Notes: a model not told the origin generated them from the letters alone. 64,000 nt of DNA from an uncultured Oscillospiraceae bacterium (GCA_910583885.1 CAJUAC010000005.1:16508-80507), one strand, 5' to 3'. Shown: positions 1-9,215, counted from the first letter of the stretch. Numbers and translations: made by a program.

Positions 1-52
1 CGGCTGATCTTGACACACGGTCCTGTATTTAGCACACCGATGCAACTGCCTC

Positions 53-88
53 GGGGGAGGCGCAGCCCTTTGCGCCTCCTCCTTTTGT
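53..88 (+). terminator. GC-rich hairpin plus T-run upstream of the permease genes (terminator/attenuator of the gene lying upstream of the window)
   Basis: 5' arm gggggaggcgca and 3' arm tgcgcctcctcc form a ~12-bp stem with a 6-nt loop, followed by ttttgtattt. Confidence 0.6.
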
Positions 89-168
89 ATTTCCCTAAAA
101 ACGGAGAAGAGATCAAAATCAGGCGTCCCGCCTCCAAACGGGCGGCCTGAGGGAAGGAGAGGAAGAAT

Positions 169-1125
169 TTGCTGAAATTCATCGGGAAGAAGCTGCTTCA
201 GATGATCCCCATGCTGCTACTGATCAGCTTTATCGTATTTGGAGGGCTGCAGCTGATGGATGTAGACCCCATCAGCTACATGGTTACCCCTGATATGGCC
301 GCTAGCGCGGAGAATCAGGAGGCCCTCCGGGAGCAGCTGGGGCTCAACGACCCCTTTGTGGTCCGCTATTTCAACTGGGTGAAGGATCTGGTCACCGGCG
401 ACTTTGGCTACAGCATTGTCAACGGCACCTCCATCGCCTCACTCCTGAAAACCAGGCTTCCAGCTACCTTTGAGCTGGCTATTATTGCCCTTGTCCTGTC
501 CTCCTTCATCGGAATCGGGATCGGCATTATATCCGCCATCCGGCAAAACGGAATTATTGACTACGTCGGCCGCGTGTTCGCGGTGCTGGGACAGTCCATC
601 CCCCAGTTCTTCTTTGGCATCTGCGCCATCCAGATCTTTGCCATCAAGCTGGGCTGGCTGCCTGTGAACGGACGCACCTCCCCCGGCGCCAGCGGCCTGG
701 GTGACGCTGTCATCCACCTGGTGCTGCCGGTGCTGACTATGACGGTGGCCATGTGCGCCGTCCTCATGCGCTACTCCCGCAATACCATGCTGGGCGTACT
801 CAACTGCGACTACATCAAGACCGCCCGTTCCAAGGGCATCCCGGAGTGGAAGGTGTACATCAAGCACGGCTTCCGCAACGCCATGCGGCCGGTGCTGGTC
901 ATTCTGTGCTTCCGCCTGCCCATGCTGATCGGCGGCTCGGTGGTTATTGAGTCCGTGTTCGGCTGGCCGGGCATCGGCTCCATCATCACCCAGTCCGTGG
1001 TTTCCGGCGACTATCCGGTGATCATGGTGACCACGCTGATGGTGGCGGCGGCCATTCTGGTGGCCAGCTTCCTGGTAGACGTGCTGACGGCGGCGCTGGA
1101 CCCCAGGGTCCGGCTGGGCGAGTAG
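169..1125 (+). CDS. Opp/Dpp-family ABC transporter permease (BPD_transp_1, OppB/DppB-like)
   Basis: 318 aa and multi-TM. N-terminus MLKFIGKKLLQMIP and C-terminus LDPRVRLGE are typical of DppB/OppB. GGAAGGAGAGG RBS before a TTG start. Confidence 0.9.
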   Translation: MLKFIGKKLLQMIPMLLLISFIVFGGLQLMDVDPISYMVTPDMAASAENQEALREQLGLNDPFVVRYFNWVKDLVTGDFGYSIVNGTSIASLLKTRLPATFELAIIALVLSSFIGIGIGIISAIRQNGIIDYVGRVFAVLGQSIPQFFFGICAIQIFAIKLGWLPVNGRTSPGASGLGDAVIHLVLPVLTMTVAMCAVLMRYSRNTMLGVLNCDYIKTARSKGIPEWKVYIKHGFRNAMRPVLVILCFRLPMLIGGSVVIESVFGWPGIGSIITQSVVSGDYPVIMVTTLMVAAAILVASFLVDVLTAALDPRVRLGE

Positions 1126-1140
1126 GAAGGAGGGGCCAAA

Positions 1141-2031
1141 ATGAGTTCTCAGGCATCTACAATTCAGCAAGCCAGCAAGAAGCAGGCCTCCAGCCTGCTG
1201 CGCAAAAATATCCGAAAATTCGTCAACAACCGCCTAGCCATGATCGGCCTGGTGTTTGTGGCGGTGATTATCTTCACCGCTGTATTCGCCCCCTTGCTCA
1301 CCAGCTATGATCCCAATGAGATCAGCCTGGGCGAGAAGAGCATGGGCCCCTGCGCGGAGCACATCCTGGGCACGGACAACCTGGGCCGGGACGTGTTCGC
1401 ACGGGTGCTGTATGGTGGGTGCATCTCCATGCTCGTCAGCGTGCTGGGCGCACTGATGGGTTCTCTGGTGGGCATGGTGCTGGGCTCCCTGGCCGGCTAC
1501 TTTGGCGGCAAGGTGGACATGGTGCTGGTGCGCCTGTCCGAGATCTTCCAGACCTTCCCGGAGATGATCCTCATTATGATCCTGGTGGCCATTCTGGGCC
1601 AGGGCGTGGGCAACCTGGTGCTGGTGTTCTCCATCACCGGCTGGATGACCACCTTCCGCATGGTGCGCAATGAGTTTCTGGTCCTGCGGGAGGAGACCTA
1701 CGTCCAGGTCTGCGAGGCCTTCGGCATGTCCAAGGCAGCCATCATGTTCAAGCAGATTCTGCCCAACGTCCTCTCCCCGGTCATCGTGTCCACCACCGTC
1801 AACGTGGCGGGCTTCATCCTCTCCGAGGCCAGCCTGAGCTTTTTGGGCGTGGGCGTGCCCTCGTCCGTGCCCACCTGGGGCAACATCCTCAACGCCGCTA
1901 AGAGCGTGGAGGTGGTGTCCAACTACTGGTGGCTGTGGGCAGTGCCCGGCGGGGTGATCTCCATCTTTGTGCTGGCTATCAACTTCTTCGGCGACGGCCT
2001 GCGGGACGTCCTCGATCCGAAACAGCAGTAA
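1141..2031 (+). CDS. Opp/Dpp-family ABC transporter permease (OppC/DppC-like)
   Basis: 296 aa. Has the N-terminal OppC-type segment, and the end GDGLRDVLDPKQQ is typical of DppC/OppC. Starts 16 nt after the previous gene. Confidence 0.9.
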   Translation: MSSQASTIQQASKKQASSLLRKNIRKFVNNRLAMIGLVFVAVIIFTAVFAPLLTSYDPNEISLGEKSMGPCAEHILGTDNLGRDVFARVLYGGCISMLVSVLGALMGSLVGMVLGSLAGYFGGKVDMVLVRLSEIFQTFPEMILIMILVAILGQGVGNLVLVFSITGWMTTFRMVRNEFLVLREETYVQVCEAFGMSKAAIMFKQILPNVLSPVIVSTTVNVAGFILSEASLSFLGVGVPSSVPTWGNILNAAKSVEVVSNYWWLWAVPGGVISIFVLAINFFGDGLRDVLDPKQQ

Positions 2032-2041
2032 GGAGGGCGTC

Positions 2042-3058
2042 ATGGAAAAGAAAGATTTTGTATTGGACGTAAAAAACCTGTCCACCAGCTTTATCTCCGA
2101 CAGGAAGGAAGTCCGCATTGTTAAAAATGTCTCCCTGCGCCTGCGCCGGGGCACTACCCTGGCGGTGGTGGGCGAGTCCGGCTGCGGCAAGAGCGTGACT
2201 GTCCACTCCATCGTCAAGCTGATGCCCAAAAACGCCAGGGTCAGCGCGGACCACGTGCTCTACCGCTCCGCCAAGGACGGGAAGGAGTACCGCTTAGACC
2301 AGATGGAGCCCTACGGCGCGGAGATGCGCAAGCTCCGGGGCGCGGAGATCGGCATGGTGTTCCAGGACCCCATGAGCTCCCTTAACCCGGTCTATAAGGT
2401 GGGTGACCAGGTTGCCGAGGGGCTGATCCAGCACACGGGCATGAGCAAGGCCGAGGCCCGGGAGAAGGTGCTGGACATGTTCCGCAAGCTGGGCATCCCC
2501 GACCCGGAGAGCCGCCTCAACGACTATCCCCACCAGTTCTCCGGCGGTATGAAGCAGCGGGTGGTCATTGCCATTGCCATGATCTGCAACCCGGACATCA
2601 TCATCGCCGACGAGCCCACCACCGCGTTGGACGTGACCATCCAGGCCCAGATCATGGAGCTGATGAAGGCCCTCCAGGTCAACGACCACAAGTCCATCAT
2701 CCTCATTACCCACAACATGGGCCTGGTGGCGGAGATGGCGGATGAGGTGTGCGTGATGTACATGGGCCGGGTCATGGAGTTCGGCTCCCTGGAGGACATC
2801 TTCGAGAATCCCTCCCACCCCTACACCCAGGCGCTGCTGCGCTCGGTGCCGGTGCTGGGCCTGGCGGAGGGCCAGGAGCTGGAGACCATCCCGGGCATCA
2901 CCCCCAACCCGGCGGACCTGGGCCCTGGCTGCGAGTTCGCCGGCCGGTGCCCCTTCTGCCAGGAGCGGTGCAAGCAGAAGGATATCCCCCGCTTCGAGGT
3001 GTCCCCTGGGCACTATGTCCGCTGTCTGAAATTTGATTCCTTCCAGGAGGTGGACTGA
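2042..3058 (+). CDS. Oligopeptide/dipeptide-type ABC ATP-binding protein (OppD/DppD-like)
   Basis: Walker A GESGCGKS, signature FSGGMKQR, Walker B IIIADEPTTALD, and a C-terminal oligo_HPY-type Cys cluster. The start at MEKKDFVL was chosen over the longer ORF. Confidence 0.9.
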   Translation: MEKKDFVLDVKNLSTSFISDRKEVRIVKNVSLRLRRGTTLAVVGESGCGKSVTVHSIVKLMPKNARVSADHVLYRSAKDGKEYRLDQMEPYGAEMRKLRGAEIGMVFQDPMSSLNPVYKVGDQVAEGLIQHTGMSKAEAREKVLDMFRKLGIPDPESRLNDYPHQFSGGMKQRVVIAIAMICNPDIIIADEPTTALDVTIQAQIMELMKALQVNDHKSIILITHNMGLVAEMADEVCVMYMGRVMEFGSLEDIFENPSHPYTQALLRSVPVLGLAEGQELETIPGITPNPADLGPGCEFAGRCPFCQERCKQKDIPRFEVSPGHYVRCLKFDSFQEVD

Positions 3059-3059
3059 T

Positions 3060-4052
3060 ATGGCAGATAAGGAACTGATTTTCCAGATCAAGAATTTGCA
3101 GATGTGGTTCCCCATCAAGAAGGGGTTTATGAAAAAGACCGTGGGCCACGTCAAGGCTGTGGACGATGTGAGCCTGGACGTATACAAGGGGGAGACCCTG
3201 GGCATTGTAGGGGAGTCCGGCTGCGGCAAGTCCACCTTCGGCAAGACCATTATGATGCTCAACACCCCCACCGGGGGCCAGGTGCTCTTCAACTACGGGG
3301 GCCAGTTTAAGGACATCACCCAGTTCACCAGCCAGGAGCTTTTCCAGTTCCGCAAGAAGGTGCAGATGGTGTTCCAGGACCCCTATTCCGCCCTCAACCC
3401 CCTCAAGAAGATCTACACCGCCTTTGAGGAGCCCCTGAAGGTCCACGGTGTGAACAGCAAGGAGGAGCGGGAGAAGATCATGGAGGACGTGCTGAAGATG
3501 GTCAACATCCAGCCCGACTACCTCCTGCGCTACCCCCACGAGTTCTCCGGCGGCCAGCGCCAGCGGCTGTGCATCGCCCGGGCCCTGGAGGTCCGGCCGG
3601 AGGTGCTCATCTGCGATGAGCCGGTCTCCGCCCTGGACGTGTCCATCCAGGCCCAGGTGCTCAACCTGATGAAGAAGATCCAGAAGGATCTGGGCCTGAC
3701 ATACCTCTTCATTGCCCACGACCTGTCGGTGGTGCAGTACATGTCCAACCGTATCGTGGTGATGTACCTGGGCAAGATCGTGGAGATCGCGGATTCCCGC
3801 GCCCTCTACGACGAGCCCCTTCATCCCTACACCCGGGCCCTTCTCTCCGCCATCCCGGTGCCCCAGATCCACCAGGAGAAGAAGCGGATCGTGCTCCAGG
3901 GCGAGGTGCCCAGCCCGATCAACAAGCCCACCGGCTGCGCCTTCCACCCCCGCTGTCCCCACTGCACGGAGAAGTGCAGACAGGTGGACCCGGCCCTGAT
4001 CCGGCACAAGGACAGCGAGCACATGGTGGCCTGCCACCTCTACAATAATTGA
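3060..4052 (+). CDS. Oligopeptide/dipeptide-type ABC ATP-binding protein (OppF/DppF-like)
   Basis: Walker A GESGCGKST, signature FSGGQRQR, Walker B LICDEPVSALD, and C-terminal CAFHPRCPHCTEKC. ATG lies 2 nt after the previous stop. Confidence 0.9.
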   Translation: MADKELIFQIKNLQMWFPIKKGFMKKTVGHVKAVDDVSLDVYKGETLGIVGESGCGKSTFGKTIMMLNTPTGGQVLFNYGGQFKDITQFTSQELFQFRKKVQMVFQDPYSALNPLKKIYTAFEEPLKVHGVNSKEEREKIMEDVLKMVNIQPDYLLRYPHEFSGGQRQRLCIARALEVRPEVLICDEPVSALDVSIQAQVLNLMKKIQKDLGLTYLFIAHDLSVVQYMSNRIVVMYLGKIVEIADSRALYDEPLHPYTRALLSAIPVPQIHQEKKRIVLQGEVPSPINKPTGCAFHPRCPHCTEKCRQVDPALIRHKDSEHMVACHLYNN

Positions 4053-4127
4053 CTTGGGCAATGCCCTGGCCCTCTCCGGCGATTCCGCCGGGGAAGGCTG
4101 GGTATCTGCTGAAAAGGGGAGAATGTC

Positions 4128-5708
4128 ATGGATACCTTTGCGGAGGACTATAGCCAGTGCCTGGCGGCGTATCTGCGGGAGCCGCCGCCTGCCGGGATTG
4201 AGGGCCTGCGGGACAACCTGTACCAGGCCTACCTCCGGCTGAAAACCGGGGCCTCCGCCCAGGCTGCCCAGGGCAGCCGGCTGCTGGAGGAGGCGCCTTG
4301 GGGCCCCTGTCCCTACAGCGGCGTCCCGGCTGTGCAGCTGCTGACGGAGTGCGGCGATGCCCTGGACATCCGGGCCCGGGACAGGCTCCTGCACTTTTTG
4401 CAGGAGGGCCGGGCCGGGTGGCTTGCGGAATTGGGCCGGAACTGCTGCAACAGCTTCCGCCTGCTGGCCGCGGCGTCCCTGCTGGGGTGCGGCCTGCTGC
4501 TGGAGGACCGGGAGGCTGCGGCGCAGGCCGAGGGCGCGCTGGCGTGGATGGAGGACCATCTGGAGGGCTGTGATCTGCCGGATGAGTTTCTCTCCCCCTT
4601 CTACACAGGCCTGCAGCTGTCCGCTCTGGCGGAGATCCGCGCCCTCCCTGTGGCGGAGTCCTGCCGGGCCAGGGCGGCACGGCTGGAGGCCTTTATTTGG
4701 CGGGGGGTGCTGCGGCACTACCAGCCGGGGCTTCTGGGACTCGCGGGGGTATACAGCCGGGGGTACACCAGCGAGCTGGCGGGCCATTTCCAGATCATTC
4801 TGGCCTGCCTCCGGCGGCTGCTGGGGGACGAGGCCGGCTTTACCCTCCGGGCCACCCTTTGGTCGCCGGACTACGCCCAGGCTATCCTGCCCCACGGCAC
4901 CTTGGCGTCCATGCAGTTTTACGCCCTGTATTTCGCCAGCTTTGACTACCTGTGTCCGCAGGAGGCTCTGGCGGCCTGGCGGGAGCGGCGGCTGCCCTGT
5001 GCCATCTCGGAGCGGGCGCGCACCGGTCCATCCCGGGATGTCAGCATCAAGCGCCAGGTGGCCCCGAATGCGCCCTGGGACTACCCGGCCCAGGAGCTGC
5101 GGCTGACCACCCGGCTGGAGGAGGGCCTGGCGGTGTCCTGGTCCGACGGAGAGTTTGAAAACGGCATGGCCTGCCCCGGGCTCCATGTGCTCTACAGCCG
5201 GGCCGGGCGCACCAAGGCATTTTTTCCCAAGCTGGTACGGAGCGCGGAGCGCTATATCGGCGAGGTAAACGACTACCCGAACCTGGGCCTGCGGCTGGGC
5301 CCCTCCAACTTTCCCGACGACGGGAGAAAGACCGTTCAGGCGGAAGGAGAGGGACTGCGCCTGTGCTACCGCCCCCGGGCCCTCTGCCGGGGCGCGAAAG
5401 AGATGAAGCTGGCGCTGATCTTTGCCGCCCACTTCTCCCTGCCCGACCAGGTATGGACCGGAGATACACGGGTGGAGCGCTTTGACGGCCAGGAGCGATA
5501 CCCCCTTGTGCCAGTGACGATCCGTGACGGGGACGCTGTATTTACCTTCGAGCCCCTCTCTTGCCAGGGATACTGGCAGTTCACCTGCCGCAACCGCTTT
5601 TTTCATGTGGAGTGGGTGCAGGACGCGGAAAACTTCGACCAGCTGAGCTGGGAGGTGCTGGTGGGCGTCACCAGCTCTCCGGATCAGCAGGGCAACATTA
5701 CGCTTTAA
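4128..5708 (+). CDS. Hypothetical 526-aa cytoplasmic protein; Leu/Ala-rich helical N-terminal half and beta-rich C-terminal half
   Basis: High GC3 coding pattern and an AAAGGGGAG RBS. No signal peptide and no motif I can name. In an operon with the ABC importer and the hydrolase-like gene. Confidence 0.6.
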   Translation: MDTFAEDYSQCLAAYLREPPPAGIEGLRDNLYQAYLRLKTGASAQAAQGSRLLEEAPWGPCPYSGVPAVQLLTECGDALDIRARDRLLHFLQEGRAGWLAELGRNCCNSFRLLAAASLLGCGLLLEDREAAAQAEGALAWMEDHLEGCDLPDEFLSPFYTGLQLSALAEIRALPVAESCRARAARLEAFIWRGVLRHYQPGLLGLAGVYSRGYTSELAGHFQIILACLRRLLGDEAGFTLRATLWSPDYAQAILPHGTLASMQFYALYFASFDYLCPQEALAAWRERRLPCAISERARTGPSRDVSIKRQVAPNAPWDYPAQELRLTTRLEEGLAVSWSDGEFENGMACPGLHVLYSRAGRTKAFFPKLVRSAERYIGEVNDYPNLGLRLGPSNFPDDGRKTVQAEGEGLRLCYRPRALCRGAKEMKLALIFAAHFSLPDQVWTGDTRVERFDGQERYPLVPVTIRDGDAVFTFEPLSCQGYWQFTCRNRFFHVEWVQDAENFDQLSWEVLVGVTSSPDQQGNITL

Positions 5709-5745
5709 GAAAACATTGACCGTTCTTGTTATGGAGGTTATCACA

Positions 5746-7197
5746 ATGGACAAATTTCTTTTCCTGGACCGCAGCTGTCTCCAGCCCCAGGGCATGGACA
5801 ATGTGCGCCTGGTGGTGGCTGCTGCGGAGAAGGACGCTGCTAACAATCCCCTGTTCCACGAGGACTTCTTCAGCACCCCCTCTCTGCCCTGGGAGGCCCG
5901 GTATGACAACGCCTACCCCAACGTGATCTACGACCCCAAGTACAAGAAGTACCGCTGCTACTACACCTTCTGCTCCAAGGATGTGGAGTCCACCTCCACC
6001 CCCCGGGAGGAGCGGGCCAAGCGGGACTACCGCCCCATGTCCACCCGCATCACATCCCTGGGCTATGCTGAGAGCGACGACGGTATCCACTGGGTCAAGC
6101 CAAACCTGGGCCTGGTGGACTTTGAGGGAAGCAGGGAGAACAACATGCTCTTCCGCTACGCCCACGGCACGGGTATTTTCCTGGACGAGGAGGAGACCAA
6201 CCCCGCCAAGCGCTATAAGCTGGTGACCAAGGTGGAGTACCCTGGCAGCCGCACCTATATGGCGGTGAACTTCTCCGAGGACGGCATCCACTGGGGGGAT
6301 ATGATCCCCTGGCCCCGGTGGAATCCCCCGGCGGACTCCCACAACTTCCCCTTCCGGGACAAGGTGGACGGCCTGTTCAAGGTCATCACCCGTACCTGGC
6401 GCAACGGGGTGCGCGTCTCCGCCATCTGCTCCAGCCGGGACTTCATCAACTGGAGCGAGCCCCGGGAGATCCTGCGCGGGGACGGCTTTGAGTCCCAGGT
6501 CTACTCCATGCCCGTGTTCTGGTACGACGGACTCTACTTGGGCCTGGCCTCCATGTTCCACGAGGGGGACCGCTCCGCAGAGAACTTTGACACAGTGGAT
6601 CTGGAGCTGACCTACGCCTCCTCCTGCGACAAATTCGACCGGGTGGCCCCCTACCAGTACCTGATTCCCCGGGGTCAGGGCAAATACCCGGACGGGGACT
6701 TTGACAGCTGCTGCATCTACGCCGCTGCGCCCATCGACATGGGGGACGGACGGCTGTGCATCTACTACATGGCAGGCAACGGCCAGCACACCAACTTCCG
6801 GGAGACCTCCTTCGCCCGTGCCTTCCTGCCCAAGGATCGCTTTGCCTGGTACGAGCCCAGGAACCCGGAGAAGACCGCTGTCATCCCCACCGGCCGCATG
6901 AACATCTACGGCAATGAGCTGTGCGTGCTGGCGGATACGGAGGAGGGCGGAGAGTGGTCTGTGGCCGTATGCCCCACCTGGAAGAGCGAGCCCTTTGAGG
7001 GCTTCGGCTTTGACGACTGCACCCTGTCCCCGGGTGAGGACGGTTATACCCGGGTGCAGTGGAAAAAGAACCTGATGGACCTGGAGAACGCCACCATCTC
7101 CCTGGTGTTCCGCTTTAGAAAAACCAGGCTGTACGCCATCCGCGGAGAGGTTGTCCGCACTGCTGAGCGCTACTACGAGGGCGCACCCACGGTGTAA
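5746..7197 (+). CDS. Asp-box (BNR-like) beta-propeller glycoside-hydrolase-like protein
   Basis: Two SxDxGxxW Asp-boxes (SDDGIHW at 6073-6093, SEDGIHW at 6274-6294) and repeated beta-strand-rich blades. GGAGG RBS 8 nt before the ATG. The exact family is not assignable by eye. Confidence 0.55.
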   Translation: MDKFLFLDRSCLQPQGMDNVRLVVAAAEKDAANNPLFHEDFFSTPSLPWEARYDNAYPNVIYDPKYKKYRCYYTFCSKDVESTSTPREERAKRDYRPMSTRITSLGYAESDDGIHWVKPNLGLVDFEGSRENNMLFRYAHGTGIFLDEEETNPAKRYKLVTKVEYPGSRTYMAVNFSEDGIHWGDMIPWPRWNPPADSHNFPFRDKVDGLFKVITRTWRNGVRVSAICSSRDFINWSEPREILRGDGFESQVYSMPVFWYDGLYLGLASMFHEGDRSAENFDTVDLELTYASSCDKFDRVAPYQYLIPRGQGKYPDGDFDSCCIYAAAPIDMGDGRLCIYYMAGNGQHTNFRETSFARAFLPKDRFAWYEPRNPEKTAVIPTGRMNIYGNELCVLADTEEGGEWSVAVCPTWKSEPFEGFGFDDCTLSPGEDGYTRVQWKKNLMDLENATISLVFRFRKTRLYAIRGEVVRTAERYYEGAPTV

Positions 7198-7216
7198 GGC
7201 GGGGGAGGAAGAGTAC

Positions 7217-7663
7217 ATGATTTTTTGCAAGCTGGAGCAGCTGAGCAGGTACAAGGGCCTCTCAAAGCACCTGGACACGGCCATCCGTTTTCTGGAGGAG
7301 GGCGGCGCCTCCCGCCTGACCATGGGGTGCAACGAGGTAGACGGCGAGGCGGTGTACGTCAACCGCTTTGACTACGACACAGCGGAGGAGGCCATCACCG
7401 AGGGCCACATCCGCTACATTGACGTGCACGTGGTCCTCTCCGGTCAGGAGCAGATCGGCGTGGCGGACGTGTCCACTCTACAGGAGGTGGAGCGGCGGGA
7501 GGAGGAGGACTACATCGGCTTCTCCGGCCCCTTCCAGTGCATGTGCGTGATGAAGCCCGGGGACGTGCTGATCACCTTCCCGGAGGACGCCCACAGCCCC
7601 AAGCGACAGAACGGTGGACCCTGCCATGTGGAGAAGGCGGTTATTAAGGTGCTGGCCTGCTGA
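7217..7663 (+). CDS. YhcH/YjgK/YiaL (DUF386, EbgC-like) family protein
   Basis: 148 aa. MIFCKLEQLSRYKGL...LDTAIRFL, ...HIRYIDVHVVLSGQEQIG and ...FPEDAHSP are the characteristic DUF386 cupin-like pattern. Confidence 0.75.
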   Translation: MIFCKLEQLSRYKGLSKHLDTAIRFLEEGGASRLTMGCNEVDGEAVYVNRFDYDTAEEAITEGHIRYIDVHVVLSGQEQIGVADVSTLQEVERREEEDYIGFSGPFQCMCVMKPGDVLITFPEDAHSPKRQNGGPCHVEKAVIKVLAC

Positions 7664-7993
7664 GGGTGGCAATGCCTCCCTGCAAAATGATGGTTACACG
7701 GCTCATGGCGTTCAACAGGGAGACCTCCATGCCTATGAGGTACACCCCCTCCGAATGGTGTAGGATGCCCTCGCCGGGCGCGATGGACTGGTCCGTGAGG
7801 ATCTTCCCCATCATATCGGTGAGCGTGACAGGGTAGCTTGTCCGGCTGCTGATAGCCCAGGCTGATGGAGAGCATTATCCATCATCAGCACTTTTTTGCC
7901 CGCTTTTGCCAGTCCAATCCCTAAATAGACGCAGGTTGTGGACTTTATTACGCCGCCCTTCTGGTTGGACAGCGCGATAATCTGTGCCTTCAT
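7664..7993 (-). pseudogene. Decayed parA/soj-type partition ATPase (mobile-element or plasmid remnant)
   Basis: MKAQIIALSNQKGGVIKSTTCVYLGIGLAKAGKKVLMMD has a corrupted Walker A (KGGVGKTT expected). A frameshift follows, into LSISLGYQQPDKLP and then ...GMEVSLLNAMSRVTII in other frames, with an internal deletion. The remnant abuts the yhcH stop codon. Confidence 0.7.
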
Positions 7994-8555
7994 CCCCTGC
8001 CTCCTATCCCAGCAGGCGGTTTTGTAGCTTACCGCCGCCGCGCTGCCCAACAGACGGCAGGCGTTGATAACAGCGCGTGTAGAGGCGATCTCATACGGCC
8101 TGCCTGTTTTCTTCGCCAGGGTCCGGAGGGCCTGGGATGCAGCAGACGTTATCGCAGGGGGCGCCGCAATGGCAAGGATCGTGTTCTTAGCAGTTGTATC
8201 GCATAGGGAAACACTCCTCCCTGTATCACAGTAGCGCGGCTATACACCGCATGGGCTGGACATCCGCACTGGCCACAACGGGCGCAGCTTGGTGTCCGCT
8301 ATTATCTTATGCACAAGAAAGCGCGGCAGTTCCCGAATATGCTCCTGTTTCAGGGAGGAACCGTGCGTAACAAGTGCTCCCTTTGGACAAAGGGAGGGGA
8401 GATTGCAAACGTCATGCTATAAGCTGAGAAAATGTCTTCCTTTGATAAATTCAATGCTATTGAATAGAAAATTTCTGTGTTTTCGGAATGTCGCGGGCAA
8501 ATTCTGCGCAAGATGGTTGTGTACTCTATATAACACCCTGCCCCAGTATTCAGGC

Positions 8556-8584
8556 TATACAATACAGCTGCATTTTGTTATAAT
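8556..8584 (+). promoter_or_regulatory. Sigma-A-type promoter with extended -10 for the orphan gene at 8619
   Basis: -35 TATACA, a 17-nt spacer, then TGtTATAAT (8576-8584). Confidence 0.45.
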
Positions 8585-8618
8585 GCATTATGGACTGTGA
8601 TATGGGGAGGGGTGCTCT

Positions 8619-9215
8619 ATGTCGAAACATACCAGCCCGTATGAGGCATACGCAAAACATATGCTTGAGATGATGTATGGGGAGAGATATGGAACCTTAC
8701 TTCTGCGGGACAAACCAGATCTTCAAACGGCAGATGGGGAATCCGGCATCGAAGTCATGTCCGTGAATGGCGAAGCATTCGAGCGCCTGGTAACGGAGAT
8801 CGCAATGTGCAAGCCATATCAAGCCCCATCGGACAGGGTACTGGATCTGTGTGCGAAATGCGGCATAGAATACCATTCCTGGCAGACCTATGTCATAAAA
8901 CCCCTTCCAGCAGCCGGGTTCATTGAACCGTTCCGCATCAAATTGAAGAAGCTGAACGCTGGATATGCATTCCTGGGACACTACGACCTGTTCCTTTATT
9001 CAGACCGGCATACGCTGGAAGACTACGAATTGGAGCCACTTCTGGAGACACTGTGCGATGAGAACAAAGCCCCGATCTCATACCACTATGTCTATATTGA
9101 TGCTGACGGAAAGCTGGTGTGCTTTGATCTGGCCCGCTGTACCTTTGAGGTTCAATCCACCAGCGGTATACGGGAGAAACTGTTGACCGGCTCTGCCGGC
9201 TTCTCCTTGATTTGA
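8619..9215 (+). CDS. Orphan hypothetical protein (198 aa) with a possible PD-(D/E)xK-like segment
   Basis: GGGGAGGGG RBS. The segment RDKPDLQTADGESGIEVMS resembles the PD...(D/E)x(K) nuclease core, but the Lys position is Met. The gene has its own promoter and terminator and a lower GC than the flanking DNA. Confidence 0.5.
   Translation: MSKHTSPYEAYAKHMLEMMYGERYGTLLLRDKPDLQTADGESGIEVMSVNGEAFERLVTEIAMCKPYQAPSDRVLDLCAKCGIEYHSWQTYVIKPLPAAGFIEPFRIKLKKLNAGYAFLGHYDLFLYSDRHTLEDYELEPLLETLCDENKAPISYHYVYIDADGKLVCFDLARCTFEVQSTSGIREKLLTGSAGFSLI

Noticed and set aside
2898-5909. 1003-aa ORF on the minus strand spanning oppD/oppF and the 526-aa gene
   Set aside because: The composition is dominated by Arg, Gly, Pro, Ala and Leu with no domain-like motifs. 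It is antisense to genes with clear ABC motifs and high GC3, so it is a GC-driven shadow ORF.
8289-8600. 103-aa plus-strand ORF and 70-aa minus-strand ORF in the AT-rich gap before the orphan gene
   Set aside because: Neither has an RBS. Both are Cys/Arg/Leu-rich with odd composition, and they overlap the predicted promoter of the gene at 8619, so they are treated as non-coding scar DNA.
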